From NCBI GenBank assembly GCA_907165135.1, contig OU015569.1, positions 10,850,001 to 10,914,000 of the forward strand: 64,000 nt of DNA. The letters run 5' to 3'. Below the pieces are notes generated by a model that saw only the letters and a list, made by a program, of their open reading frames with translations, was not told the origin of the DNA and searched no databases. This stretch comes from Oikopleura dioica. Lineage: Eukaryota; Animalia; Chordata. Position numbers and translations under genes: made by a program. Below, in pieces: positions 12,301 through 25,296 of this stretch (position 1 is the first letter of the stretch; the number at the start of each line of letters is the position of its first letter).

Positions 12301-12903
12301 CTGGGCTCGGCAAACTGAGCTGTGTAAAAACCTGTCACAGGTCCTGTTTCCTGTTTTTGGGGAACCTGTCTGAGTACCTGTGTAAAATCGGGTAATAATT
12401 TGGGCCTGTCCTGTGTACCTGTGTAAAATTGGGGGATAAATTTTTCTTTTGCTGTCCCTGTTCCTGTTTCTGTGTTAAACAGACCTGTGTTTCCCGCTCA
12501 GGTCCTGACCATAGACAGGTTCCTGTGTAACCAGGTCAGGAACTGCATAAGTCAGGGAAAATGTATAAAGAAATCAATAGCGAAAGACGTGAAAAAGAGT
12601 ACAACAATCAAAATAACCGATAAATTCGCGTCTTTTTGTTTCTTTGTAATATTTTATCTTTGAAATTTCCTGTTTTTTGTCCTGTCACAGGGCCTGTTTC
12701 CTGTTTTCTGACCCGCTTAGACCTGTTCAGGCAGGCCCTGACCTGTGTAACCTGTTTGATAAGCTGTGTGAAAAAACCTGTCTGAGTACCTGTCTAAAAT
12801 CAGGATATTTTTGCTTCCTGACCTGTGTACCTGTGTAAAATATGGGACAGAATTTTTTTTTCCTGTTCCTGTGTCTGTTCCTGACACAGTTTGCCGAGCC
12901 CAG
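12301..12903. mobile_element. hAT-type MITE, 603 bp, internal CCTGT/ACAGG repeats
   Basis: 17-bp TIR ctgggctcggcaaactg / cagtttgccgagcccag. Perfect 8-bp TSD aattgatg. Confidence 0.9.
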
Positions 12904-13744
12904 AATTGATGACCTACGAATAAATATACGATTACGGTAAATAATTTCAGGGATTAGAAATGCCTCTGAAGTCTGAGCTTTTGGCTTTTTTGAAGATCAT
13001 TTTTGGAAGATAAAAATAAGGGGCTAGACACCAATAACGGCACAAACCAAGAAAAGGGAGTATATTTTGGAAGACCAATAAGATTGCTGTATTTGGCCTA
13101 CAGGCCAATTAAAACCCAGATCCAGATCAAAAATATCATTTTTTTGACTTAATAATTTTGATTATTGACGATTCACTTTTTAGATTTAGAAATGTTGAAA
13201 AAGAATTCGGATCTAAGAAAAAAGTGACTTCCGGAAACGGGTGCGCTGACAATGAACGATCGAATATCATTATTGTCAAGCGTTATTAAATTTAATCAGA
13301 ATTGCCTTTTTTGTTGATTCGCGCGAGAAATTTTGCGCGGCGCTCGGGCGCACACTGCGGGCGCTACGGCGGCGCTGCAACTGGCGTGGACCGTGGCCGC
13401 GGCTCTTCCTTCTCCGCTGATCGACTAGAATCCTTCTCCTTTTAATCCCTTCCAGACAGACCCCGAGACTCAGAGATCGCCCAGAAAAAAAGAGTAGATG
13501 AAGCTGTTCTCTCTCCTTCTCGTCACAGCCGAGTGCTACGGCGGGCACTTCCGACGCCCCGGCGTCAAAGATCCCAGACTTAATAGGTATAATATCAACG
13601 TCAATATTTCAATTATTTCATGATAATTCGATTTGTGTTGAAGAGATGAAAGCGTGAGTCTTTAAAAACAAACGCTTTCACGAGGCCTAGGTACAGTACT
13701 TTTACAGAAAAACCCGAATATACGATCAGTAAAAAAAGGAAGTA

Positions 13745-13966
13745 TGCAATTTGAATTGGTACAGGACCAATTATTCTAAAATTTGGCTAGAATTGGTATG
13801 ATGCCCCTAACCCTAAAGCTTAATCCAGGATGCTACGCCCCCCCCGGAACCCCCCTAGTAAGTACTCCGAGCCCTTAGCCCTGATCCCTAACCGAGAAAA
13901 AGGTTTGGTATCTGACCAATTCTAGCTATATTATGGAATAATTGGTCTGTACCAATTCTAATTGCA
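13745..13966. mobile_element. Inverted-repeat element enclosing a telomere-motif core
   Basis: About 50-bp imperfect inverted arms (tgcaatt.gaattggtacag.accaattattc...gctagaattggt). The core has ccctaaccctaa and gctacgcccc...ccggaacccc, also seen at 34181-34232. Confidence 0.65.
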
Positions 13967-15218
13967 ACCTTCCAAAAAAAAGAAGAGTGTTCCAAATGTT
14001 CGCACGTCAAATTAGCTCTGCTGAACACTTCAAGATCGTGATTGCTTTTGATAAATATTTGGGGCGCATTTCTTTTGATTCTGCGACTGAATGATGAAGG
14101 GTAGTTCAGTCTGAATTCTGTACCCTTCCTCAAACACGAGTTGTATAGACGCAGCTTGGAGCGGAGGAACCGGGCTTCAGATAATAAGAAGATAGCTATT
14201 TTCATTTTGAAAGCGCGCGCGATAAAACGCTAAGTGACGAGCTCGACAAGCTCGAAAAGCTTCTTGATGAAGTATGTCTTCGCAGCTCCTGTCAAGTCCA
14301 AGGTCACAACATTAATTATTTATTGGCCCGTCGAGCAATTACGCAGCAATAAAAAAAAAACGAGAAATTCCAAGTGCGAAATTTCGCGCGTAAATTTAAA
14401 ACCAATATTGAAATTTAAAAAATTAAATGAAATCGAGCAAATAAAGGGACAAAGGGAGTCTGATTTTAGACGGTTAAAATTGAGCACTAGAATTTCCAAC
14501 TTGGCGAAAATCCATCTGAATTCTTGATCATCAATTTTCAACAGGCTCCGACTAATCTTTCCATGATGGAATGTGAAGACGAGTTCTCTTCATTAAATTG
14601 TAATAATCAAAAACAACGACGTCATGATAAGCCTCCAAGCTCCGCTCCCAGCTCGAGAAAAAAGATGAGCTAACCGTCTGGTTCTTTTCGGAAGACCTAG
14701 ATATCCACAGTTGCGTAATAAGCGAATAGGCGAGAAAGCGCATTTTGGAATCTGGGAAAGTTGCTTTTCTTTTTGCCGCAGAGCAGCTGGGAAAATTTCA
14801 AAATTTGGATTTTACAAATTTGTATTTACTCTCCGCGCCCAGAGTGCCAGTCAATTAATGAGGTGACCTTTGGGCCTCGAAGTCCGGCAACTCGAGGGCG
14901 GAAGCGATTTGCCCCATGTGGCATATTGACTCTTCCGTCCACTGTTTAGAGCGGACTTGACCTTGTATGGGCTTCAATGGCCAGATTAACATCTGCCAAC
15001 AATGGTCGCATAAAAGCTGAGCTTGACTCTTTGCTCCATTTCTTTTTTCTACGCTGTTTTGAATTTAAACTAATCCAGCAATTTTAAATCTGCAGAATTT
15101 TGTTTTTTTTTTCAGTTTCCAAGTCAACAAATGGAAATTCCAACAATTCTAACAACTTAAATTTCAATCAACTATGTAAACTATCTAAGCAAAAAGATTA
15201 AACTAACTATACTAACTA

Positions 15219-15548
15219 TTAAGGCATACGAGATTCCGCTCGTACCCTCGTGAGGACAGAGATATTCAAGCTAGCAGTAGTAGCTGCGGCAAATGCTGGA
15301 ACCCATACGCCAGCGGAAAATGTCTCTCTCCTTGCGAGTTCTCCTGCTTCGAGAGCTGCTGTGACAAAAGCTATAATAGAAAGATCCGACCACCGAATAC
15401 TCTCTATATCCCGCCGCCTGAAAAGTACTTTTTCCATATTTTTTTTAAAGAAATCTCTTCTCTCGGCGCTAGACATTTCTTGCGCTTGAGAGTTACTGAG
15501 ATGATCTGGTGTTAGATTAGTTATGTAGTCATGGAATTGATTCTTCAC
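15219..15548 (-). CDS. Hypothetical 109-aa protein with hydrophobic C-terminal segments
   Basis: Single ATG-started ORF from the track; no family recognised. Confidence 0.3.
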   Translation of the reverse strand: MKNQFHDYITNLTPDHLSNSQAQEMSSAERRDFFKKNMEKVLFRRRDIESIRWSDLSIIAFVTAALEAGELARRETFSAGVWVPAFAAATTASLNISVLTRVRAESRMP

Positions 15549-15916
15549 ATTTTTTTTCGGAATCCCGGGTCAATTACGGGTGCACTACTTATTAGTCTGC
15601 ATGCTTAGTTTACCTAAAGCCAAGAAATAGGGCGATTTACGTCTGGCTTTGCTCCAGCTAAAAATTATTTGGAGATTTGAATTTCCGCCTGTCGGTGACG
15701 GACGGCGACACTAAGTGGCTTCCACTGCCGACTTCACAAAAAACACCATCGTTGTTTCTCTTTTCTTTTTTATTGATCAAGTCTAAATAAAAGCAGATTC
15801 TTCACTTCTTTTCCATCGTAGATGTTAGAGTAGTCACATAACCGGTAGTCGGTGATCCAGTAGTGGTGTTCAATTTGATAAGTGCAGATGTTCGAACACG
15901 AGCGCGTATTTTTCAG

Positions 15917-17074
15917 AAGTCCGGCGGCACCAGAGGGCAACTGGTGCGACGAGTACGTCGGCAACAGAACGGAAATTGTAGAAGTGCCGACTGGACGCTA
16001 CACAACCACCATGACAAGATGTGAACCTGGCCAAGCAAACTGTCAGCGACATCTACGGTAAAACACACAACGACTTTCCTGAGCGATTTTTTCATCTTTT
16101 AGGCGCATCGCCGAAACCCGAAAAGTAGAAAAACAAGTGCGTCAGTACGAAAAACGTTGCTGCGTGGGATATACTGGCAGTGACTGTACTGAGCGGGAGC
16201 AAATCGCTAGCCCTGTCTCTTCAGAAAACTCCGGCGCGATCGTTCCTTCTGAGAAATCACAAATCTTCACATGTGCCGATTTCCACAGTTGTACAGCGGG
16301 TAATAAAGAGAAACGTCAATCAGTCAATCAAAGAAGCGTCCATTTTCAGACATTCGGAATTCAATTATCGAGCTTGAAGCGGGCATCAGAACAATAAGCA
16401 ACGAACCTTACTCCCGTTCGCAAATGCCGTCCGAAATTCCGGGTCCTGAAGGGCCTCGCGGTCCAGCAGGCCACCCCGGTCGCGCTGGTCCTACTGGTCC
16501 GCCAGGGCTGCAAGGAGAAACTGGCCCTCCAGGACCTCCTGGCACTTGCCCTCAAGAATGCTATGGATCGGCCTCAAATAGTAATCAACAGGTTGATTCA
16601 AACTTGATTGAAAGGTGAGAGAAAAAACTATAAGATGAAATTTTAATATCTCTTCATTTGCATCCAATAAACAATTATTTCAAAAGTGAAAATTCAGTAT
16701 TGTCCAGGAAAGAGTAGATATTATCTCTCGACAATTACAACAGCAGTTCAATCAACAATTGGAACAATCAGTTAAAGCCATTAAAGATCAGGTACTATCT
16801 TTATTACACATTTTTCAATTACTTCTTTTTGAAGATGGACGCCGTCTTGTACAAATACGATGGAAAAATCATCGACCTACAGATGCTGATCCAGCCGCAG
16901 TTGGACGAGAGCAGCAACAGCATCGAGATGATCAAGAACAGAATACAGATGAACAAAAACTCGATTGACTCGTTGAAGTGGAAGTGGGATGATGCCGAGC
17001 TGGTGTCGCGCGTAACAGTGCTCGAGAACGAAGTGCTCGGCACCGACGGTATGTTCAGCATGCCAATGTACTAA
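15917..17074 (+). CDS. EMI-domain + short collagen + coiled-coil protein (EMID1/COL26-like); 5' exon not found
   Basis: Spliced [19 protein letters not shown]...RCEPGQANC...[14 protein letters not shown] (EMI cysteine pattern). Then nine Gly-X-Y triplets [34 protein letters not shown] and a heptad-like tail ending PMY*. Confidence 0.75.
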
Positions 17075-18659
17075 CACCGACCTAACTTACTACTCCTCAC
17101 TGTACATTAACTCTGCTCTCTGCTGCTTTCCACTTCTTGCTTGTACTTGACTCTCCTGTCACTTTTTCTCTCCAGTCACTCTTAACCGAACCGGGCACAC
17201 TGTATATTTAGGCGAGGAGCGAGACGAGGTACAGTACCCTTAAAAAGTAACCCGGCGGTAAAATCACTCACCCACTTGGTGAATTTTAAATTTAAACATT
17301 TCTTCATTTTTTTCCATTTCGCTTGAAACTCAAACTGATATGCGCACGCAAAATTACTCATATCAACGATCATTCGGTTCTTTCATTGAAATTGTGTGTC
17401 TTGCCCACTGTATGATGATCACTCGCAAATTGTTGCATACAGTTTTTTTTTTAACTAGATCACTCATAAATGGCATTTCGTAGATTTTAACTGAGTCAAG
17501 GTTCAGGTTCTGGCAATGGACAGTCCTTTTCCGACGACGAGGACTATGGTAAATATCAGCAACTGTTTTTCTTTAAAAGAGACCTTGTTTTTCAGGCATT
17601 TCCTTTCCATCAAGACACGACTAGAACGCGCCCGCGGCGAATTAAGGGACGCCACTTCTCGAAACGCCGCGCCTGGCTCCCGTGAAATCAACAACGACTC
17701 ACTCTCTCTCTTCAGTCACTTTAGTAGCCTCTTCTCTTCGTTCAAGATTGCAGTTTTAACTTCACCGAGATTCCCTCGCCGGGCTCTTTATTTCAAATAA
17801 TAGAAGCGTTCTAGACCCTCTATCCCTTTTTTTGTTGTATTATGTTTCTAGCTGTGAAATTTTCTCTTGTAACTACTACTTGCCTACGAATTCTTGAAAA
17901 CTATTTTTGCCCACCATTGTGTTATTTTGTTCAACAGCATCATTTGTTCATTTTCTGATCATGAATTTCAATAAATTCGGTCCTTGCCAAACTTCGTATT
18001 AATCCTTGGGGAGTTTCTGAGGGCAAAAAGATGTGATTAATAGGAGTGATAAGCGTATGAAAAATAACGTGCCGATGGACAGTAAATTTATGAGAAGCAT
18101 GAGCACATCAGTGTTTTTCAGCTGTTGCTCGGATACAGGTAGGGGTCCCCTGCCTTGCTTATCGGACCCTGGTCTACTTCAACCAGCCGCATTTTATCAG
18201 CATTACCCGTGTCGTTCACTTTTATTGGCACGTGCTCCTGATCGAGCAAGTTTACACGTCTTCACTGTTCTAAGTTCAGTATCGAACTAACATTTTTGGC
18301 CCTTGTCCGCACGCGGTGCCTCTGTCATAAAATTAGCTCAGTTACGTGTCATTGCTTCCAGGGGTCAACAAATAACACTTACAGCAATGTAGATTGGCAA
18401 GTGCTGACCAGACTGCTACAGGTTGATTTACGATATACTTTCTTATAAAATGACATCTGGGTCTTAGGTGGCAATCACTTGTGGGTGCTGAATGCTAAAA
18501 CGTTCACTTCAAGTTTAGAAAGACTCCAAATTGAAACTCCAAATAGAGTATCAGCAGAATGAGCGAAGGACAATCCAACGGTATTCGAATATATTTTCAA
18601 TAATAAATATTTCTTTAAATAAAATAGAAAAGGATCGAACTTCTGAGGAAGAAATAGCG

Positions 18660-19437
18660 ATGACAACTGAAGAACCAGCAAAACCCGCGCCAGAAGAACT
18701 CAAGGAAGAAAAAAACGATCAATTGGAATTATCCTCACCTTCTTTTGATGGTAAAGGAAATGGATTATCTAAGTAGATAATCTCACAATTAAAATATCAA
18801 TTATTTTAATTGAAAAAAAATACTTGAATAATTTTCAAGAAGCTTTATTAAGAAGGCTCACCAGAAAAAGATCTCGAACCCATTCCTAAAGTAAACGATG
18901 AAGTCCAACTTTTCGGAAAGCCTGATGTTCCGGTTCCCGAAGAACCAAAACTTGAAGAAAAGGTCGAAGTAAAAGTTGAGGAAGAGCCCTTAGAACAGGA
19001 AAAAAAGGTTGAAGTGGTTTCCGAGAAGACTGAAGAACAACCAAAAACCGCTTCTGCAAACATAGAATCTGTTAAACTGGAATCCAAGAAAGTAGAAACT
19101 TCAGAAGCAGAAGAATCTGAGAAGGTAATAAGCTGAGAGTCAGCTGCATAGATTAAATAACAGATGGAAGAGTTTATTTTAAATAATTTTCAGCCGATTG
19201 AGTTCAAGAATAAATACAGTGACGGAGATCAACATGACGGCTTCTCGTCAGTGCTGGGAATCTTTCTGCCGCGTCCGACCATCCAAATAATTCCCGAGTT
19301 TGCTAAGAAGCTTAAATGGTTTAGAGATCCGTCCACCAAGGTGAGTACCTAACAAATCGAACCTATCAATCAACTTGTCTTAGCAATGGATCTCCGCGAG
19401 GCAGATTGCAGCGCTAAACATTTCCACTTCTGCCTAA
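18660..19437 (+). CDS. Hypothetical Glu/Lys/Pro-rich protein
   Basis: Four in-phase exons: MTTEEPAKPAPEE...EGSPEKDLEP...PIEFKNKYSDGDQHDGFSSVLGIFLP...QWISARQIAALNISTSA*. Confidence 0.5.
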
Positions 19438-19559
19438 ATCTTCATTTCGCACTACGTAAATTCCTACTGTAAAACTTTAGAGAACATAAACACCTTTCCT
19501 TCTTGTCTGAGCAGCCTTCCCATGCCAATTACCGTATGATTTGTCGAGTGTAGACTTAC

Positions 19560-20396
19560 CAGGATTCAGGAATTCACTTTTGTGGCAAGTGAAGCCATCA
19601 ATTTTATATATAGAATGAGCTTTTCAGAGTTGGGAATAGATATAACCGATTATAAATCATACTTGTTGTAGATGGTGCTTGGCATTCGTAGCTCTGGAAA
19701 GTGTTAACACACTGAAGTCCAGCCTCGCAAGGAGAAGCAAGAGTCTCGCATTCGTTGATATCTACGCATGTTCCTGCTGCGGAGCTGTATCTCATTCCAA
19801 TGCTACAGAATCGGCACTGGCAATCTCCGCACATGCAGTTTCGAACACCGGCGCCAAAGATGGTGGTGCAAAGATTGACACAATCGGCATCACTGCAGGT
19901 GGAGCAAGTTGTAGTTGTGGAAAAGATTGAAGTGGTTGTTGTGCCCATCGTGGTTGTTGTAGAGGTTGTTGTTGTTGTGGTCGAGGTGGTGGTCGTGGTG
20001 GTGGTCGTGGAGGTCGTGGTCGTGGTGGTCGTGGTCGTGGTGGTCGTGGTGGTCGTGGTCGTGGTAGTCGAGGTGGTGGTTGATGTTGTTGTTGGAATAT
20101 CAACGCATGCGTCCAAGCTCAGATCAAACTCTTCATCCGTTCGGCAGAATCGACAGCCTCCATTTGAATCACAAAATGCAATACGAGCTCCAGCGCCAAA
20201 TATCATATCCGCTGTATTTTGACAATCCTGAACGTCACAATTGTTAGGAGAGGGGGAGGTTGTTGTTGCAGCTGATGAAGAAGTCGTAGTGGTTGTTGTT
20301 GTTGTAGTTGTTGTAGTCGTTGTTGTCGTTGATGTTGTAGTTGATGTTGTAGTTGTCGTTGATGTTGTAGTTGATGTTGTAGTTGTAGTTGTAGTT

Positions 20397-20455
<59 letters not shown>

Positions 20456-23400
20456 TGTAGTTGTAGTTGTAGTTGTAGTTGTTGTTGTAGTTGTCGTAGT
20501 TGTTGTTGTGGTCGTAGATGTGGTGGTAGGATCAAGGCATGAATCTGTCGACAAGTCCCACGTCTGATCAACGGCACACCATCTGCAATTGTTGCTTGAG
20601 TCGCACCATCCAGTTCGGGATCCACCAAAAATAGCATCAGCTTGGGCCTGACAATCTGCATCGTTGCATCCAGCGTTCGTCGTAGTAGTCGGAGTCGTGG
20701 TTGTCGTGGTTGCTGACGTTGTTGTTGTAGTCGTTGTACTTGTCGTAGACGTGGTTGTTGTGGTTGTCGTGGTTGTTGTTGTAGTTGTTGTCGTGGTTGT
20801 TGTCGTGGTTGTTGTGGTTGTTGTGGTTGTTGTGGTTGTCGTGGTTGTTGTGGTTGTCGTGGTTGTTGTGGTTGTCGTGGTTGTTGTCGTGGTTGTTGTG
20901 GTTGTCGTGGTTGTCGTGGTTGTGGTGGTTGTTGTAGTTGTTGTTGTAGTTGTTGTCGTGGTTGTTGTGGTTGTCGTGGTTGTTGTCGTAGTAGTCGTAC
21001 TCGTTGTGGTTGTTGTAGCCGGAGTAGTAGTTGGTGGAAGTGTTGGAACTATTCCATCAATCCAGCTGTAAAGTGATAAAGAAATTGTTTATACAGGAAA
21101 AGTAAATAACGCAATTACGGCGTAAATATGATTATCCCTTCCTGATAAATGAGGAAACCTTTGCGTATACTCCAGGATTGTCGGCTTCTCCGCATCCAGA
21201 TCCCCAGGAAGTGATTCCATACTGAACTGGCTCGCCATTTTCAACACAGACCAATGGCCCGCCAGAATCATAAGTGCAAGTATCACGTCCTCCAGTGCCA
21301 ATCCAACCGGCGCAAAATTCCTTACCAGGAGCAAAAAACGCTCTAGTCTCAACTGAGACCTGAGAGCTCATGCACCACGCGTCATCGTAGATCTTAACTC
21401 TAGCAGACTTAAGAAGGTTGGTTTTAGCGCCATTTTCTGCTTCGAATCCCCATCCTGCGACGAGACAGTTATTAACTGGATTGATAAGGTTGTTATCCGC
21501 CGCTACATGGCCGTTCTGATCTGGGAGGCAAGCAATATCAACGTCAGCGTTCAAAGTAAGTTGCTCAATTTTGAGCAGACAAAGGTCATTCTCTTGTGCA
21601 TCTGCGTCGTAGCTTGGGTGAAAATGTATTTCCAAAATATTGGACTCTACTCGGTTTGGAGACGCTGGGCTATCATTCTGGGCGTGGTGTCCAGCGATAA
21701 TTTTTGTAGCTGAGCTTACTCCCCAATTATTCATAGTAACTTGAAGAGGAGTACAGCAATGCGCAGCGGTGAGAACGTACTCGTCACTGATCAAAGTGCC
21801 GCCACAGATGTTATTGCTGTTTCGGTGGAGAGAGACGATCCAGGGCCAGCTATTAGCAGTTGCTTCAACACCTCCAACAATTCGACCAGCAGCCTCAAAG
21901 CCATTGGAATATTTATTGCCGTTGCATTTAGTTCCAGCTGGAATTTGATCTTCACTCGACGCGACAGTTGTAGTGGTTGTAGTCGTTGATGTAGTAGTCG
22001 TGGAAGTTGTCGTTGTCGTCGTTGTCGTTGTCGGAGGATCAACGCATGCATCTGTTGAAAGGTCCCATGTCTGATCAACAGAACACCATCTGCAATTGTT
22101 GCTTGAGTCGCACCATCCAGTTCGGGATCCACCAAAAATAGCATCAGCTTGGGCCTGACAATCTGCATCGTTGCATCCAGCGTTCGTCGTAGTAGTCGGA
22201 GTCGTAGTTGTCGTGGTTGTTGACGTCGTTGTCGTAGTGGTTGTGGTAGTCGTTGTCGTTGTTGTAGTTGTTGTCGTGCTTGTCGTCGTTGTGGTAGTTG
22301 TTGAAGTTGTGGTTGGTGCAGTTGTGGTTGTTGAAGTAGTTGTCGTACTTGTTGTCGTTGGCGTTACACAGACATCAGTAGAAGTGTCAAAAGTCTGATC
22401 GGGCGCACAGAATCGGCAATTATTGCTTGAGTCGCACCATGCAGATCGAGCACCTGCACCAAAAATTGCATCTGCCTGAGACTGGCAATCAGCCTGAACG
22501 CAGGGATAAGCGGTGCAAGCATTCAGGTCAAGATCAAAGTATTCGCCAGCATTGCAGAATCGACAATTTCCACCTCCATCACAATCGCAATTCTTATCCG
22601 TGTCCGCCCCAAAAATAGTCTCGCAAAGGTTCTGGCAATCTTCGTCGAAGCATGCTGGAACGGTTGTTGTTGTCGTCGTTGTAGTAGAAGTTGTTGTAGT
22701 TGTTGTGAGCTGAGGGTCGCAAGTATCAGCAGTCCCTTGATCCGTGGCGACCAAGTGATTGTTGAATGTTCCCAGAGGGCAAGCGCCATCGCCCAGAATC
22801 AGGGTGGATCCATCACCAGCATTGATCTGCCAGTCGCCCGAAACGTCGATCATGATAGTTGTGCTAAAGAAAGAATTACATTATATTATATAATTTATAT
22901 ATTATTATAATTTATATATCAGATAAACTTTTACCTGTTGTCTGAATCCATCTCCCAGCCCATCGTATTGACGGAGAAGCGGAGATTGGTTGCATCTGTC
23001 CACATATTAGTGAACTTTCTGAATGTGGGCACAGCAACATTCCAGAAATGAGGTTCGTTGTTGTTGCCTGCGTGGCTCGGCTGATACCAGTTTGTTGCTC
23101 CGTTGCCACAATTGGCATAGCCAAAGAACCAGCGGCCTTGTTCACTATTGGGCCAGATAAAGAAATCGCCTTCGAGAGACTTATACGATGGACGACCATC
23201 ACTAACGTTGGTGCACCAATCCGCAGGGTCCATTTTGACGAATTTACCCTGGTTAAATCCATGAGAGCCAGCGTCGTCAGTTGTACTCAGATCGAACGAG
23301 GTGGGGAACTCCGCCGCTGCGATCTCTGAGTAAATGCCAACGAATGGACCACGCTCGGTGAGACAGTCGTTCTTCGACACGTACAGGTCAAGCGGGTCCG

Positions 23401-23620
23401 TCTCTGGACAAGTTGTATTGTCCCCGCTTCGTCCTTCCATACGGAGGGGATGATCAGGCTCGAGGTCGATCAGATGGTCTCTGTTGATTCCTCGAGGGTT
23501 GTTTTTTCGCCACTTATTCCACTTTGTCTTTTTTGGTTTACGGTTGCTTCTTGCGAAACCAAATAGTCCGAAACCATCATAGTCAGGCTCAGGCGTGGTC
23601 GCAACAAAGTGGTCCGCGAA
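19560..23620 (-). CDS. Mosaic secreted protein: poly-Thr mucin tracts, six Cys-rich repeats, trypsin-family protease domain, Ca-binding EGF; both ends uncertain
   Basis: RIVGG activation site, LTAAHC, DLCLLK, DTCTYDSGGPL and GITSWGSGC..PGVYAKV. Also VDINEC..C...C.N...SYEC EGF and long Thr runs in ORFs 19604-20554 and 21132-22853. Confidence 0.85.
20290..21010. repeat. Coding trinucleotide arrays (GTA/GTT/GTC/GTG)n = poly-Thr on the minus strand, including a pure (GTA)n run ~20395-20455
   Basis: Directly visible triplet repeats; further tracts at 19930-20095, 21960-22030 and 22190-22360. Confidence 0.95.
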
Positions 23621-24699
23621 CTGTTAAGATTTAATCAGTTAGCTCAAAGTATATTACATATACATCTCCTTGCTCAAGAAGGTAAATTATAAGTTATCAT
23701 ATAGAAGTCCCTTTATATAAAATAGTAAAAAGAAATGGTATCGAAATGATAATCTCCTGGTGTTTATTTTCGTGTTGATATCTCTCTTGAGTGCTTTTTG
23801 AAAAAATCTTTCCTTGACAATGTTCGGCGCATTGACCGGTATGGGCCCGTTCATGACCGGAGTTTCGACTTTTCAACGTCTTCGGCAATGAATGAGTTCC
23901 GACACCACAATTCGGTCTGATTTCAAATCAATGACTTTTTGAATGCATCAAAGCCGAATATTGACTTACTGCCGATCGGATGCATTATTCAGCACGGATT
24001 TGGAACAAGTTTGCATTCAGCAGAATAGAAGGTCTAGATTTATATCTTGTTTTCCGGTAAACTGGTTATGTAATACTTTTTCGTATTTTTTTTTGCCGGT
24101 TATAAGCAAAAGGCCGACAGCTGTTGTGGCGGAATAATCGGAAAATCAGGAGACATAGATGACAACATGAAAACAAACTAGTGGTCTACTAGAGACAATA
24201 ACTAGATTAGCTTGAGGAGGAGGATGAAGTGAAAGAGCGTAATTTGGGCACATCGGTCTGGCGCATCCGACGCGAAAGTCGCTTGAGCTGACGTTAGAGC
24301 ACCCTGAGTCGTCCCCAGGGGAGCCAAGTACATGAACATAGAAAGGGCTAAATTTCCCGATTGCAGACGAATCAAGTCATTAAAGCACATCATAATTTAA
24401 TAATACAGAATCTTAAAAGTAATTGCGCCCAGTTTTAGTTGAAATAGATCACTCGCCCAGAGAGCTGACACGCAGCGAGCAGAGAGAGCGAAAAAACTAT
24501 TAATGAAAATGATTCCGAAAATGTATGTTCTTAAACGGCCAGGACAGTTTTGAATATTTGAAAGGACCCTGCTGCTGCATTTATTGAGTGGTAAGTATAG
24601 TGAAAAGCTATGAAGTGATCAAATTCGATCAAAACAAAACACTTATAGCCGAGAAAAACGCAGTATAGGGATTAAAATGTGTCTTTCAACTTCAAATCT

Positions 24700-25114
24700 A
24701 AGCAAGAGTACGGAGCAGCGCTTTCACCATGGATGTGGGTATTTATGGGATTGGCTGTGATTTGTGGAATAGGTAGCTTTCGCGAAAATTAAGCTTGAAA
24801 ATTAGTGGTTTCTTACTTTAGCGTTTCCGCTGTTAATTCTCGTCAACTGCAAGATCGACAGATTCATCAACTTCATCCAGGTTGTCTTCGGAAAGGTTCC
24901 AAAAGTAGTAAGTCCTGCCGAGTTCTTGTGAAATGATTGGCTCAAATACGATTTAGAAGAGGCCGCATTGGAACAACATGGAAGCCAACGAACACATTCA
25001 CCGAAACAGTACTACTTTGGCGGTGCTACCGTCTCACCAATACAATTTCTTCCGAGAAGGCGCGAGCTCGAGAATCATTCCAAATTCAAATGCCCACCTG
25101 TAAATTCATCATAA
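24700..25114 (+). CDS. 3' exons of a hypothetical single-pass membrane protein
   Basis: In-phase GT-AG joins give EYGAALSPWMWVFMGLAVICGIAFPLLILVNCKIDRF...GKVPK|KRPHW...NAHL*. The start was not found. Confidence 0.35.
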
Positions 25115-25296
25115 TGAAAATTATTTTCCGCTGTAAATGAAAGACTTAAAAAAAAATTCAATTTCACTTTGAAATTATTAATTTATTGAGAACTGTTAGA
25201 GAAAGCGAGTTGTGTTGACACGAGATTTTATGTAACGGTGTTTCTGTGCACATTTTTTTATATAATCATTTTGACTTTTAAAAAGCGAGTCGCGTT

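Noticed and set aside
13276-15050. Short ORFs at 13276-13548, 13888-14205 and 14552-14743
   Set aside because: No recognisable domains; one runs into a repeat element; insufficient support.
20241-21071. Poly-Val, poly-Leu/Gln and poly-Pro-Arg ORFs in the track
   Set aside because: These are antisense or alternative frames of the poly-Thr codons.
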